NCBI GenBank assembly: GCA_964016885.1
Contig: OZ024743.1
Location: 42,284,001-42,348,000 of the forward strand
Source of the DNA: Eledone cirrhosa
Taxonomy: Eukaryota
Length of the DNA: 64,000 nucleotides
Reading direction: 5' to 3'
Below the pieces are notes generated by a model. That model saw nothing but the letters and a program-made list of their open reading frames with translations, did no database searches and was not told the DNA's origin. Below, piece after piece: positions 24,300-40,322 of the stretch; the stretch's first letter is position 1; each line of letters begins with the position of its first letter. Made by a program: the position numbers and the translations under genes.

Positions 24300-27175
24300 G
24301 GAAATGGCTGTCTAGTACGAATCCTATGGCAATTGTTCTGCTCTGCTCTTGACCTCTACTGAGCGACTAAGCAGTTTGGTTCAGACAATGTTCTGCTGTC
24401 CAAGAATTGGGAGAGGGCGAAAAAGGAGCCCTCTAAAAATTGCATACCCATAAAGAACTGTTAGCTTACTGCGGCTGACAGTTTATCGAATATGCCGTCA
24501 AAACACAAATAAAGGCAAAGACCTAAAAGCTCCTATTAAATGTTGGTTCTTGGAAGGTCCGAACTGTTCAGGATATCGCAGATATATTAGAAAGAAAACA
24601 GCTCTTTTGTCAAATGTCTTAAATAAATACACCATAAATATAACAGTCTTGAGTGAAACTCGCCTTATGGACAGCTTGAGCAGAAATGGGTGGGTTATAC
24701 ATCCTCCTGGTCAGGTAAAAAAAGAAGATATAGTACGGTATTCAGGTGTTGGTTTCACTATTAGAACTAAGCTAGCAAATACATTGCCCTCTTCAGCACA
24801 AGAGGTGTGTGATAGTTTCATGTCATTGAAAATTAAATTTGCTGATGCAGATTTAGGTTACTACCTTAAGCTTAATCTATTGCTTTGTCCCAACCATGAA
24901 CTCCGAAGAATCAGAGTTTACCAGCTTTTATGTGAAATTATATATTATTGTAAGATCTATAGGTTATCATGACAAACCGTTAATACTAGGGAACTTCAAT
25001 GCCAGAATTGTATGAGCTCATAAGGTCTGGGAAAATGTTCCTGATAATATGAGTATCATTAGATTTCACCATCTATTTTTTTGACAATGAACTTTGCTTA
25101 CTTATCGCCAATATTATGTTTTAAGAACCTGATAAGTTCAAAACCATAGGAATGCAACTAAGGTCAAAAGAATGGCATTTGATTAATTACATTTTAAGAA
25201 AACGGTGTCATCGACTTGTCATTCGTCAAACTCGCCTCCTCCTTAGCACATGCTGGTTATCTGATCACTCTCTGTGTCTGGTATCATTTCAACTTCTGGT
25301 AAAACATAGAAAGCACAATACAAAATTAATAAATAAATTAAACGAATAAATGTTCAGTCACTTGATGCTGAAAGAAAAGCTATGTTGTGTCAAAATATAT
25401 CCTGCTTGAAGTTCTTGGTCCTCCAATGAGTAAGCACCAAGATTGGTCCAATTAAAATAATATAGAAATGCGGTCTCTAATTGAAAAAAGGCACTTCTTA
25501 AACTGATTGAAAAGGATATAAAAACCTTCTATGAAGGCATAACAAACCTTTATGCCCCCAGAAGTGTGCGTCATTACTAGTATTAGCATCGGATGGATTC
25601 ACTTTATTAACAGAGAAAACTGATATTCTTAACTGCTGGAAATAGTGCTATGAAATTGTTTTCAATTGTTCATCTGCTATGGATCATGATGTCATTTAAT
25701 TGAATTCCTTTAAAGCCAGAAATCCCTGAATGGGACTTAGACCCAACATATATCGAAATCAAAACAGCTTGGAAAAATGGTATTAGGTAAAACACCTGAT
25801 GATGATGTAATACCAGCTGAGCTGCACAATTATGGAGTAAATGTGCTTGCACATCACCTTGTTAATTTGCTCATTTTGGATTTGAAGTCTGGTCAGGTTC
25901 CTCAGGAATTTAAAAATTAATTTATCATCTACCTATTTAACAGAAAAAGGTAAAAAAGGAACTGCGTGACAACTATCGGGTTATGTTTTCTGTAGCGGGC
26001 AAGAACCTTGCTCGAGTTGTTATCAACTGAATAGTAACTCACCAGGTAGATCATCTATATGCTGAATCGAAGTGCGGAATCCTGGCCAGGCTAGGGACCT
26101 CAGACATGATATATTGCTTGGGGCAGGTTGCAAAGAAGGTACGAGAGAGGAATAACGAACTATTTATGGCCTTTGTTGATTTAACAAAGGATGTTGACTC
26201 TGTCAATTGCAATGCATTGTTGCCAGTGCTGGTAAAGATTGGGATTCCCAATGAAGATGCTTAGTATTATACTATCCTTCTATAAAGACATGCAAGCTTC
26301 TATTAAATCATATGATGCTTCATCAGATTGTATCCGTCTAAAACATGTGACAATGCAGGATTTCTTAAAAGCTTCGATTTTGTTTGCTATTTACTTTTCT
26401 GTGATACTAGAATATACATTCAAGGACAATAACGATGGTGTTTTCTTTGAATATACGACATCAGGTGGTGTTTTGGATCAGCAAAGATTTAATTCGAAGG
26501 CCCTTACTAAAGCGGAAATGTATTTATATTTCTTGTTTACAGATGATTCAATTCTATTCTTCCCGGAAAGAACAAGATGACGTAAGCGGGATTTCCTCTG
26601 CAGTAAAAGCGTTCAGCCTAAAAATAAGTGTTAAAAAGCCTGACGTTATATCCCAGCCCAAACAAACACATATTCAAAGATGAAGCATAGCCTGCAATCC
26701 AACACAATGTAAACTTATTGTAGACAACAGGACTCTAAAGTAAGGTAAGTCCTGCACATAGTTAGAAAGTAAAATCAATTCTAGCGATTCTCTAGACGAT
26801 AAAATGATGAATAGAATCGTCAAGATTAGTGGTGCTTTTGGAAAGCTTTGAGAAAGGGAATCAAGTGAGGGAGGATTGAGATTAAAATTCAATATCTCAG
26901 TTTACTATGCAATTGTCATCACAATATTGCTGTGTCTGAATCTTGAGCACCTCATAAAAAACAATATTACACAGATGTATCAGATATATCGGTGGTTTAA
27001 AATGGAAGGTCACATTTTCTAATGAACAGTTATTTTATAAATTTGATATACAAAGTTTAGACGCCTCAATTAAGATGGGCTAGCCATGTTGCTAGGATGA
27101 ATGTGGAAAGACTCCTTAAAATTCTCATGTATAGCTAACGTCAAGCGGGAGCGCGAAAGGTAAGAAGAACCCCTC
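24300..27175 (+). mobile_element. Near full-length decayed RTE-clade LINE (APE plus RT)
   Basis: ITVLSETRL, YSGVGFTIRTKLA, GNFNARI, RSKEWHLINYI, LFMAFVDLTK, LFAIYFS, FLFTDD; many stops. Confidence 0.9.
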
Positions 27176-27179
27176 GGAT

Positions 27180-27385
27180 CATAAGTCCGGGGATGGTTGT
27201 TTGTGGAAGACCAGCAGTCGCTCATGAATACTGATCTTCCTTCATCGCGTCACCGATATTGTCCAAGAGAAAGGTTAAGGCTAATACAGCTTGGCACCAG
27301 GTACGTCCTGACTCATTTCTACAGCTGACTTAACTGGCGCAATTTGAAATAAAGTGTTTTGCTCAAGGGCACAACGTATCATCGG
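27180..27385 (-). mobile_element. SINE body (related to 23090-23303)
   Basis: catttctacagctgac...tgaaataaagtgttttgctcaagggcacaac. Confidence 0.6.
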
Positions 27386-27636
27386 TTCAATATATAGATA
27401 AATATATAGAAAACGTGTGAGAAACACAAACACACTCATCAGCTGTCTTCTGTGGACCACTGATGTTTCGAAGACAGCCGATTAGCACGAATTGTCTTTG
27501 TGTTTGTGTTTCTCTCCCGTTTCTAAATAATACATATTTATATAAATACACACATACATACACACATACGTACATATATGTATATATACATATATATATA
27601 TACATATATATGTATATAAATGTATATATACTTCTA

Positions 27637-27749
<113 letters not shown>

Positions 27750-27784
27750 CATACATACATACATATACATGTATATATATATAT

Positions 27785-27939
27785 ATAAAGAAAGAAAGAT
27801 GAAATCGAAAATGCAACTGGAGTCTTATTTTTTAATAAAAATAAGACTCCAGTTGCATTTTCGATTTCATCTTTTTTTCTTTATACTTTCACTCGTGTAG
27901 GACACCTCGGTTATTTTTCATTTTGTAAAAAAACCTCAC

Positions 27940-27945
<6 letters not shown>
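27785..27945 (+). mobile_element. PLE family A terminus with fold-back
   Basis: Reverse complement of 2298-2481; palindrome 27785-27885. Confidence 0.8.
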
Positions 27946-28003
<58 letters not shown>

Positions 28004-28228
28004 GGATTAACAAATAATAGTTAAATGCAGTCCACTTAGGTGAAGTCCAGTTATGGTAATCCAGGTAGTGGATGATATTAACGCTTGGCTTGGTTTGACT
28101 CAACAAGGCGTTTTCATAGTGATGCTGCGGGTATGCTGTAATTCCTATGTTGTAAACACTTGGAGTAATAATAAATCAGGAAAGAAGGTTTACTTGGTTT
28201 GCTATACAAAAAAGTTTTTAATCACATA

Positions 28229-28334
28229 GCTTACATTTGTTTCACTGAGCTGGTATGTCTAGAGATCGCTATCCGCCTAATTTTGCGTCACTCGATCGCC
28301 AATACAGAATTATAACCAGTCAGATCTTCGGAGC
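28229..28334 (-). ncRNA. Hammerhead motif with long stem II and CCGAAGA core
   Basis: gct-CCGAAGA-t ctga ctggt...accag c tcag t-GAAAC-aaat-GTA-agc. Confidence 0.6.
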
Positions 28335-28711
28335 ATGCGAGAATGAAGAAAATACACAGGCAAGAAAATAAAAGAAAATATGGAGTAGTTATGGCATTCA
28401 AGTAGAACAATAACAACAACAATTATTACAACAATGCTATCAATAAACTATTTAAGGAGACCCTGACATTACTTAGGTGGGGGGTATATAATGTATCTAA
28501 TGTTACGGCGTGAAAACCAGCTGTCATAAGGCAAAAAGTATCGTAGTGTGTATCAATTTTAAATTATAAAGATAAGCTAGTTTTTACAGTCTTTCTCTTC
28601 ATCTTCAACAGTATACATGAGTGGGACCACTGTCAAAGCTCAATAGTTGTAGAGTTAATACAGAGGTTAACGAATTAATATACGCATATATCTACACACA
28701 CACACGCACAC

Positions 28712-28832
<121 letters not shown>

Positions 28833-29028
28833 AATATAAATATATATACACATATATGTGTACATAGACACATACATACACATTAATATACACTCGTACA
28901 AAAATATACATACATGCAAAGAGAAAAGCGTGCTAATTGTAATATGGCAACAAGAAGGTAAAGTAACATTGTAGTAGTGAAATGAGAAAAACTAGGATCT
29001 AGGATCAAATGATTGCAGCTGCTGCAAT

Positions 29029-29102
<74 letters not shown>

Positions 29103-29108
<6 letters not shown>

Positions 29109-29365
29109 ATAAACTCAAATAGTTTTTTACAATTAAATAGCTCAAAGAAAGGAATATTTCTGAGCCGTATAATACTAATGAATATATGATATGAATATGA
29201 ATGCAAATGAATATATAATATTCTCGGCTCCATGCGTTGAGCTAATTTTTAGTCCCATAAAACCGGCTGCTATTTCTAGCGACACGAGTATAGGACGTGC
29301 TAGACACTGCGACACATGTGCGTTCAACAACACATTTATCTCAGTCTTCTTAAGTATTTTGAAGT
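29103..29365 (-). repeat. Interspersed repeat family E (probable PLE terminus)
   Basis: Reverse-complement similarity to 39890-40030 and 40170-40238. Confidence 0.55.
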
Positions 29366-29512
29366 GAAACTTACCAATTTCTGGATACCTGCAGAAGAGC
29401 ACAGGAATAGGAAATTTCACTTAATTGTTGCGAAACAAATTTAAAATTTAAAATTTAAAATGTGTCCAGGTATCACGGCTATTGCCAATATAGGTTTGTT
29501 TTTATTGATTTA

Positions 29513-30460
29513 CTAGCAGGAAAGCCCGGCGTTGCTCGGGGTCGCTCTGTAGCTGTGTTAAAGTTACAATGTTAAGTTTCTTTTTTGGCTTAAAAACTGT
29601 AGTGTCTACTGTGCAGACTTGCATGTGGTGTTTTTGATTAATATTCCCTCAACCAACAATATGCCTTATGAAGTTAAGAAAACATAACGATAACCCGAAT
29701 GTTATAACAAAAGAGGATGCTGGGGATAAAAACTGCACTGGTTATTTATTAACAAAGATCGAAAATGTAAACACTGCAAAGCAGAGAAAAACATTAGCGT
29801 AACCAAATTATCAGTCATGTCTGTCTGCACGCCTATATCACCTCTCTGCACGACTGTCTGTCTGCACGCCTATATCACCTCTCTGCACGACTGTCTGTCT
29901 GCACGCGTATATCACCTCTCTGCACGACTGTCTGTCTGCACGCCTAACGAAATTTACAGATACATATATTTTAAATAAACTTATATAATTTTTGCTTTTT
30001 TTTACGAAATATTTGCTTGTTTTACGTAGTCTTTAAATAGACTTGTTTTCAAGTAAAAATATTGTTTTAAAAGGTTTTTAAATGGAAATGAAGCAAAACG
30101 AAAGCTTAGTGTTCGAACTGATGAATTTTGCAGGTCAATATTTTGCTGGCTCGACAACTGTTCGTGTATTGTGTTAATGTCATTTTAAACGCTGAGAAAG
30201 CCAGCGTAAATGTTTACGTAAGACGCTCAATGTAAACAGAAGAAAGGGAAATAACTGATAACTTACGCTCAAAAATCGATACATTATATTCGATTTCGTC
30301 ACATAGGGTGGGTCAATTTGAAATATTTTTTTCCGATGTCTTCGCTAGGGCTCAATGTACAAGTATAGCAATTTCGGTGCAATTCCGTCAGATATTCTAA
30401 GAGGAGATGTGTGCCAAAAATCGATAGACAGACAGACAACCACAGTTTTATATATATAGA
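29513..30460 (-). mobile_element. Non-autonomous Helitron
   Basis: Minus strand starts TCtatatatataaaactgtggttgtctgtctg and ends cccgagcaacgccggg (hairpin) ctttcctgCTAG. Inserted between A and T, no TSD. Confidence 0.8.
29818..29945. repeat. 37-bp minisatellite, about 3.5 copies, inside the Helitron
   Basis: tgtctgtctgcacgcctatatcacctctctgcacgac repeated. Confidence 0.9.
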
Positions 30461-30628
30461 TTATTTTAAATCGAGACAGGCAAACCGTATTATTTTAATT
30501 AGTATTTTTCAATTTTTCAATCTAGCTAACTTGGTCATTTGCAATGCAAACACATGTATACTTGTATCAGTATTTATCCCTATCATATATTCATTTGTAT
30601 GTATATATATATATATATATATACAGAC

Positions 30629-30723
<95 letters not shown>

Positions 30724-31014
30724 CGTGTTTGTGTTTGTGCGTGTGCGTATGTGTGTGTGCGTGTATTTATATATAATATGTATATTTCCGAGTTGTGCCG
30801 GGGGCAACTACTGCTATAAAAGGTATTCAATATGTTGGTATAGGATAGTATACTTTATAGGAATGACATTTGAATGAATTCAATTCATACGAATGAATCA
30901 TTTCTAGTCTTATAGAAATCATTTCTATATCTATTAAAGATATTAGAAGCATATATATATATATATCCATATACATGCATACAAACATAGACACATATAT
31001 ACATACACACACAG

Positions 31015-31150
31015 AGGAAGCCCGAGGTTAACATATGTTGATGCCCTGAGGACAGACACTGGTCTCTTGGAGACGCAGGACATGGCAGCGATAATGAGGG
31101 AAAGACACCGCTGGACAGAACTCGTGGATGGAGCTCGGGAATTTTACCCG

Positions 31151-31154
<4 letters not shown>
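31015..31154 (+). mobile_element. RTE LINE extreme 3' fragment
   Basis: Translates GSPRLTYVDALRTDTGLLETQDMAAIMRERHRWTELV, a typical RTE C-terminus. Confidence 0.7.
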
Positions 31155-31206
<52 letters not shown>

Positions 31207-33806
31207 GCAGGGATCTAGTGGGATATAATGGAGAGAGGAAATATTTATTTTTTGTTACAATTGAATCTCGATATCCAAGAATGATTCCCAAATTAGAATA
31301 TAATATTTGAAAATAATGGCAAAACAATTGATATACAAGTATTGTAATATACATAAATGATCAAACGAATTCAATGATAGCCTAAACGACACATGTACCA
31401 CATTTGTTAAGCTGTTTAATTATTTATCAATTTATAGTGATATTAATTGAGACATAAATATAATTATCATTTATATCTAAGTATAACAACTAGATAAACA
31501 AATATTGATATTTGATATTTTTATGTTCAGTTTTAATTTCAATAATGATTAGCCTACAAACTATATATGAGTTACAATAGCAATGTGATATTTGTTGAAA
31601 TTGTTTCATTAAAGGATTCTTCCGTTTTGATATTAAGATAATAAATCACGTCGTAATTCTGATAACTGTAATATTCTTATTTCTATTATAATTATCACTA
31701 TATGGATTTGGGGGTTTGAAATATATTGGTAGGGAAACATTAAGAGGAATATAACGTGCTGGTGGTGTTAAATACAAATAAAAGGAAATTAATTAAAATT
31801 TCAATGTTTAACCTTCCTTAATTAGATCCAAACAACCATTGATATTCTATACAAATTCACTGATAGTTAGCATTCAGAGTATGATTTTATGAAAGATTGC
31901 AGAAATAATTATAACGTTGACAGCATTCCTCCTGAATATGGAATGTTGAATTAATAAATCGCTTGCACAGAACAATTAGAGCCACAAACTATCATAAATA
32001 TATGTTTTAGATTTAACTAGAGCAACTACGAAAACAGTAATATATTCAGACATTTGTCTTCTACCATTAACTATGCATAGCCTATTTAACTACAGCGTGA
32101 CTTAGTGGATAGTGTGGTGGGCTTACATTCGGAGAATGTGGTCCTTAAACAAAATACTATATTTTACCTAGCTTGTCTCCTCGCAGATGAAAGAAAGTAG
32201 TTGTGACGAAACTTATGCCAAGTTATATCGGTATTTCCCTTGTACAAGCTCGGTGCTGTAAAGAGTAGAAACCGCTGGTCGTCCACAAAATAACATAGAT
32301 AAATTATATAATATTCATTCATTATTTATTCTAATTAATCCAACTTATTATACTAAGGGGATTGAAAAATAATAAAACGGACACTTTCCTGCACTCCTCC
32401 CTTAATTATATTATGGATACAGCTGAGATTGACCAGTGCTCTCCGTCATATGCCAGTGTTCTCCGTCTTGGACAGTGCTCTCCGTCATATGCATCACGTT
32501 TGCAATATTTAGCTGATTCGAGAAAGAAACAAATGCTCGTATTCTATCAGGCGCTGGCGTCATATAAATATAAATGTTTATGCGTGTGCCCAGGTAACAC
32601 ATTATTTATGCTACAGTAGCAAGCTACCTTTTACATTTTCACTTTTGATGCATTTTGCAATCTTAAATAATAACTCATTTTGACGAAATATCAAAACAAT
32701 TATGGTTGTGTAGCCTACTTAATCGATGTCATTAGGAGATGTATGATTGTCACATTATTTGCCAAGCAATAATCGTTGTGAAGCATATTATTAAGACTTG
32801 CACGCAGGACATAACTGTATGTAACTGCACACGGCACGAAATTTTGTACATTATTTTTCAGTTTCTGGCTATGGAAACTCTTATTTTCGTAATGAACAAT
32901 ATTATAACTATAGAGGTGCTATGTGTTTCATGGACTACATCGACGGTATATATATATTACAAAGATATCCGACTACTTGAGATGATATCGAGGTTTACAC
33001 ATTGATTTTGTCATTATAATCTATATATTCTCATTTCAAAATGATTATATAAAATAATATATTAAAGGCTGTATAAGTTTAGCGTTATAAGTTATCGACT
33101 TTATGGCGAAGTTATTACGCACATGCTTTTCTGAAAACCATTATTATGGTAAATAAATTGATATTGCTTTAACAGGAAACTTGCCTTGACCTCAGATGTC
33201 TTATAACATGCATTTTGCTTTAAGGCAATTGGTTGCAATACATGTTACAGGAGAGACATTTCACAGAATACCATTTATAGTCAATTGAATCTAAAGTGTT
33301 TTATTGACTACATTTAAGTATGTAAGGCACCGTCGACCTTGGGATGACATGTAATTATACAAATATTAGACGAGAAATTTAGAAATTAATTAATCCTGAT
33401 TCGGCAGTAATGCCAAATTTGGCATTGCACCAATACTGGAATAAAGAGTTCGAGCTAATCTCATTGAGTACGTAGGTACGTACGTTTAAAATTATGGCAA
33501 TAAATACCTTAAGACTTATCTAAATTTCCAGTTAATAGATATACTACAAGTAACGAGGGAATATAAATGGAATCTATTCACAGCAGATTATAATTTAAAT
33601 TAACTTATAAATTATGCAAAATGCTGAATATACGTAAATTGCAATATAATAACAATATAGACATAAAAGAACTAGTGCAACATGCAATCATATTTATGAT
33701 TCCAAGTACCATATAAATATGGTATCCGGTTAAAATATATTTATGCATATAGAATCTGAAGTGAATGATAAAGTAATGTTTGTATAAACGATAGAATATA
33801 CATATA

Positions 33807-33899
<93 letters not shown>

Positions 33900-33903
<4 letters not shown>

Positions 33904-36539
33904 CCTTATATGGAAAGAACTAAGGAAAAACTACAAAATAACAACTAATGAAGATCTTGAAATAGTAAATAGAGAAGCTTCTGAAATAATTCTTAAATTA
34001 GGCATCGAAAATAGGACCGGACCCTTTATACCTAGAAGACAGAAAATTAACCTGAAAGACCACAAAAGAAACTTTGAAATAGAACTACCAGTCAGACTTA
34101 TAGCACCATCTAAATCAGACTTAGGCATAGTTACTAAACATATATTAAATAGAATCATACCGCAACTTAAATAAATATCTTACCTAAAACTATGGAACGG
34201 TATTAACGAGGTTATAGATTGGTTCAATAACATGAACTTTAAACTAACAAAAAATGCATTCAAATGGATATTGCAAACTACTACTCTTCTATTACTCCTA
34301 GTTTACTTAAAGCTCTTATCTATGCATCTAAACATACATATTTATCTAGCGAAGAGATGCATATCATTTTAACTGCACGGACATCTTTAATTGAATTCAA
34401 CAATCATCTCTGGACAAGAGCCGATAGAAAAAATAATTTTGATATCACCATAGGATGATCTGACTCGGCGCAAATAACGGATCTTGTGGGGCTATATATT
34501 AATAATACACTGCATAGAAAAATACCAGAGCTGACGGGTGGTTTATATCGTGATGATATGCTGCTTTTAATTGAAAATCATATTAATTGTGAAATTAATA
34601 GGAAAAGAAAACCCATAATACAATTCTACAATAGCTATACCCTTAAGTTAGAAATAGAGAATAACTATAAAATTGTTAACTTTTTAGATGTAACATTAAA
34701 CTTGAACACAGGGCTCTACTATCGATTCCATAAAATTAATGAGAATCTAAACTATGTAAGTTTTACCTCTAATCAACCTAGATCCATCAAGAACACTATT
34801 GTCAATTCTGTCCAACAACGGATTTCGCGCATCTCCGCTAATAAAAACATGTTTGACGATAAGGCAGAATATTATAATGAAGCTTTAAATAGAGCAGGGT
34901 ATATAAATAAGATTAAATACATCGACAGCAGCAATAATGCAAATAACCCTACTATTAATTGTAATAATAATAAAAAATTTAACTTAAACTCTAAAACTAA
35001 CAGAAGAACTAGAACTAGAAATATTATTTGGTTATCACCCCCATTCTCATTATAGCAAAACTATTCTTTAAAGCACTGGATACATGTTTTCCTAAAGCCC
35101 ACAGATACCACTCAATCTTTAACAGACATACTATAAAACTATCCTACTCTACTACTATGAACATAGCACAAAATGAAAATAGAATTAATAATAGAAATGT
35201 AAACCCTAACCAAAATAACCAAAATAGCAGTAATATCTCTAGCAATATCCAACATAATAGTACCGTTCCGAACAACAACAACTCCGCAAAATGTACTGTA
35301 GAATTAAATCAAACTGTCCTTTACAAATTAAGTGTTTAGATAAAAACACGGTCTATAAATGTACAGTTAAAACTAGTGATAATATATTTAACTATGTCGG
35401 TGCAACTTCTACAGAATTTAAAAGTCGCTGGAATAACCACAATAGCTCATTCCGTAGATTTGAGAAAAATCTTCAACTTCTCTTTAAACCTAATATGGAA
35501 CTTAAAATGTAAGAATATGGACTATTCATTAGCTTAGGAAACAGTTTCAGAAGCACCCGCGTACCGAAACACAGCTTTACCTAGATTCTGCAAATTGCGT
35601 ATTGAGGAATTTTTTTACGTACTTAAATGAAAAAATTCTATTAAGCTAAGAATTCAACATTCAGAAATATATATAACTTATAATTATACATATAATATTT
35701 CTACTTATTTCCATAACAATCTCATCCACTTGGTTTTAATATATTTATATCTCTAAATAATAATATCTATAACATTTGTTGTAATTCCACTTCTTAAAGT
35801 TTCATAAAATATATACGTATATAATTCTAATCTTTTTTTTTATTTTTATTTTAATTTTAATAATTTTTATTTCTTTAATTTTTAATTTTTATTTCTTTAA
35901 AAATTACTTATCTCTTACAAATTATTATTTTTTTAATTTTCTCAAATTTTTCAATAATTTTTTTAATATTTTTCAATTTATTTTCAATATTTTATCAATA
36001 TTTTTACAATATTTTTCAATAGATTTATAACCACTAACTGATGTTGGCTAAATGTATCTTTCAACATCTATACTTTTTTTGACTAAATAGTCTCACACTA
36101 ACGAAAAATAAATTAGACCGGAGTTTTTTCCGTATCTTCCCATTTTAAATCATATAAATATAAATATTCTTATTAACTCAGTTAATTTAATTTAATTTAA
36201 TTTAACTTAATATTTATTTACATTAAATACAAACCAATATCCCTCATAACTCATTAGAACAATTATCTATAACATGATATACCCATCTATTTATTTATTT
36301 ATTTATTTATGTATTTATTTATTTAATTATATACTTATAACAGAAGAAAAATATTATATAATAAACACATTTTAAACAACTAATAATCGTAATTACACGT
36401 ACTATTATGATACATACTTAGAATATATTTACCTCAAATTAACGTTATATGAGTTTTTATTCATCTGCTCTTGTTACTTTCTTCTCTCTCTCTCGCACTA
36501 TTTTATCTTTCTCCTCTTATCTCTTCTCTCTCTCTCTTT

Positions 36540-36578
<39 letters not shown>

Positions 36579-36589
36579 TTCCCCCTCTC

Positions 36590-36664
<75 letters not shown>

Positions 36665-36805
36665 ATAGTCGTTTAAATAAACGGTTGTTTTCAATTATTT
36701 ACATATTCATTTGCGTAATCAAGCAGAGGATCGGCTAAGGTGAAACATTTGTTCTCGGTATGGTGAACTAACTGTTGTTCTAACCTTCCAGTGTTCTACC
36801 ACTAT
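33900..36805 (+). mobile_element. Penelope-like element (YRDD RT plus C-terminal GIY-YIG, long AT-rich 3' region), pseudogenised
   Basis: NLKDHK, MDIANYYSSI, GGLYRDD, NFLDVTLNLNTG, IIWLSPPFS, CRIKSNCPLQIKCL, NYVGATSTEFKSRWNNH. Degenerate HHR at 36721-36756; the 3' boundary is uncertain. Confidence 0.9.
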
Positions 36806-36822
36806 ATATATATATATATATT

Positions 36823-37378
36823 TACCAGGTGATGTCACAAAAGATTTATTTCAAACCCAAACTTCACAATAAGAGTTTTCTCCTTCAAAGTAATACCCCT
36901 GGAGTATGTAACTGTAATCTTAGCTCTCTGCAGCGACCAAACCTTTATCTTCATAATTTTATATACATGTCCTCTGTTTCAGGTCTTCAAGCAATGAGCA
37001 AAGAGCAATGAATAAACTTGAAGTTTCCGGTACGGTTGGGGAAAACTGCGTCAGAAGCACTGGGATTGCTGCAGCAAGTGTATGGAGATAAGACGATGTC
37101 ACGCTCACATGTTTTTGAGTGGTGCAAGATGACCCCAGGAGCGGAGGGCTCTCAACACCCAGGACTGAGTTCAACGTTGAGCGCGTCAGGCAGATGGTGC
37201 GTACGGATCGTCGGCTGACTGTTCTACTGATGGCAAATGAGCTGGGCATGAATTGGGACAGCGTCTGGAAGATTCTCACTGAAGATTTGGACATGCGGAA
37301 AGTCTGCGCGAAGATGGTGGCAAAACTGCTGAACGATGACCAGAAGGGTCGACGCATGCAAGTGTGCCAGGACATCCT
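36823..37378 (+). mobile_element. Mariner (Tc1/mariner) transposase 5' fragment
   Basis: MSKEQ*INLKF.VRLGKTASEA..LLQQVYGDKTMSRSHVFEWCK; DDPRSG..STPRTEFNVERVRQMVRTDRRLTV...LDMRKVCAKMVAKLLNDDQKGRRMQVCQD. Confidence 0.9.
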
Positions 37379-37450
37379 TGTACCTTTGAAATATATATAA
37401 TAAAATATATATTTTGATTATGAGAATATTTATCATTTATTAACATTTTG

Positions 37451-37789
<339 letters not shown>

Positions 37790-37795
<6 letters not shown>

Positions 37796-38030
37796 TGTAT
37801 ATATAGTGTATTTTGAAATACACTTTATGCTTAATTAAAAGCATTTTGAAGACCGTATGCTATTGTTTTAGAGTAGTGACAGACTCACTTACTTTAATTT
37901 CAGCAAACAGGGGGAGATAAATTAAAGTAAGTGAGTCTGTCACTACTCCAAACAATAGCATACGGTCTTCAAAATGCTTTTCATTAAGCATAAAGTGTAT
38001 TGCAAAATACACTATATATACATTCATATA
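37790..38030. repeat. Fold-back inverted repeat (about 110-bp arms) in (TA)n
   Basis: Arms 37790-37900 and 37919-38030. Confidence 0.9.
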
Positions 38031-38072
38031 TATATGGCTATTTCAGAGCACCAATTCTAACATATATATATG

Positions 38073-38881
<809 letters not shown>

Positions 38882-38898
38882 TATATATATATATATAT

Positions 38899-39581
38899 GA
38901 CTGTTTCATTCTTTAGAAATGATCAGGAATCTTGCTTTCCAAAAATAAATGTTGTTTTATTTATATCTTTTCAGGTGGTAGGGGAGGGTGGGTAGTGGGA
39001 TTGTTGGAAGTCATTGGTTGAAAGAAAAGGGAACTCATTAAAAGCTAATTCTTTAAGGCTATAATTTATATTTAGATATAATAGATATTTAAAGAATTCT
39101 ATAAACAAGTTCAGAATGGGGTACCACTCCTTATTTTTAAGTTTCTCTTAAGCTAACAATGTCTATATTCCAGGTGTCTATAAGATGTTTGGGGGTCGGT
39201 CATGGTTGATGGATTTAAAGAAAAGGCAAATTCTTTAAAAGCTAATAAACTTAAAAATAAGGAGTGGCACCTCATTCTGAACTTTTTTATAGAATTCTTT
39301 CTGCCTTTGTCACTCTAAATGTAAATTATAGCCTTAAAGAATTAGCTTTTAATGAATTCCCTTTTCTATCAACCAATGACCTCCACCCATCCCACTCCAC
39401 GCCCTCTCCTACCACCTGAAAAGATTTAAATCCCACAACATTTATTTTTGGAAAGCTGATGATTTCTAAAGAATGAAACAGTTGTAGCCTGTAGAATCTC
39501 ATCTATATTAAAACTTTTATACTTTGCTATGTATTGAGTACCTTACTTACTGTGGTTACCTCCGATTCAACCTGGAATAAC

Positions 39582-39582
<1 letters not shown>
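38899..39582 (+). mobile_element. Family D terminus with fold-back (38899-39481) and HHR at 39456-39498
   Basis: CTGATGA-tttct aa agaat-GAAAC-AG ttgtagc CT-GTA-gaatc; homologous to 40323-40678 and 57198-57515. Confidence 0.8.
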
Positions 39583-39637
<55 letters not shown>

Positions 39638-39641
<4 letters not shown>

Positions 39642-40247
39642 CTGAACAAAAAGAAAAACGAACACAGGCATATACATATATGTGTTCAAATCGTAAGGGA
39701 TAAGATTCGCTAAGGGGAAAAGAATACTAACTAGAGATAATAGGGTATGTCAGACTTAATTTAAGAATAAATCAAAAAAATAAATACAAACCATAATTGC
39801 GGTAACTAGCAATCATCTGGAGGGTTTTGATAATACTGTTTCGCAATATTAATTGACAAAATATTAGTATCCTCGTCATATCTCAGTATATTAAAGAACT
39901 GGATAGTGTGTTTATATATAACGCACATGGTATCGGAACTTAGCGTGTCTCGCAAACTCACGCCACTAAAAATAGCAGCCGGGTTTACTCGACATCTGAA
40001 TTAGCTCGACGAACTAACGGAGCCGAATATATTCAAGATTCTTAAATTACCTATCACAAACTCTACTGTCTATAGATAGTAATCTGTTCACTTTAGCGAA
40101 TCTTGTCCCATACGATTTGAACACATATATGTATATGTCACTGTTCGTTTTTCTTTTTGTTCAGTTATATTTACGGCTCGGAAAAATCTCTTTCCCAGAG
40201 GTAATTTATTGTAAAAGCTATGTTGAGTTTCTAACTCAATATATGCC

Positions 40248-40250
<3 letters not shown>
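39638..40250. repeat. Family E element with inverted arms 39638-39745 / 40063-40170
   Basis: actgaacaaaaagaaaaacgaaca...gattcgctaa is mirrored; TA-flanked. Confidence 0.75.
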
Positions 40251-40320
<70 letters not shown>

Positions 40321-40322
40321 TC

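Noticed and set aside
24300-24450. HDV-like ribozyme at the RTE 5' end
   Set aside because: Only simple hairpins are visible; the nested double pseudoknot could not be assigned.
29818-29945. 37-bp repeats resembling a CRISPR array
   Set aside because: Head-to-tail minisatellite without unique spacers, in a eukaryotic Helitron context.
34456-34458. In-frame TGA in the RT (FDITIG*SDSA) as possible selenocysteine, as reported for some Naiad PLEs
   Set aside because: The copy has other stops and frameshifts, the paralogue near 8490 has Ser there, the zinc-knuckle Cys codons are TGT, and no SECIS was recognised.
39829-39883. HHR-like traces here and at 57023-57058 and 58809-58845
   Set aside because: Core or GAAA too degenerate to distinguish from chance.
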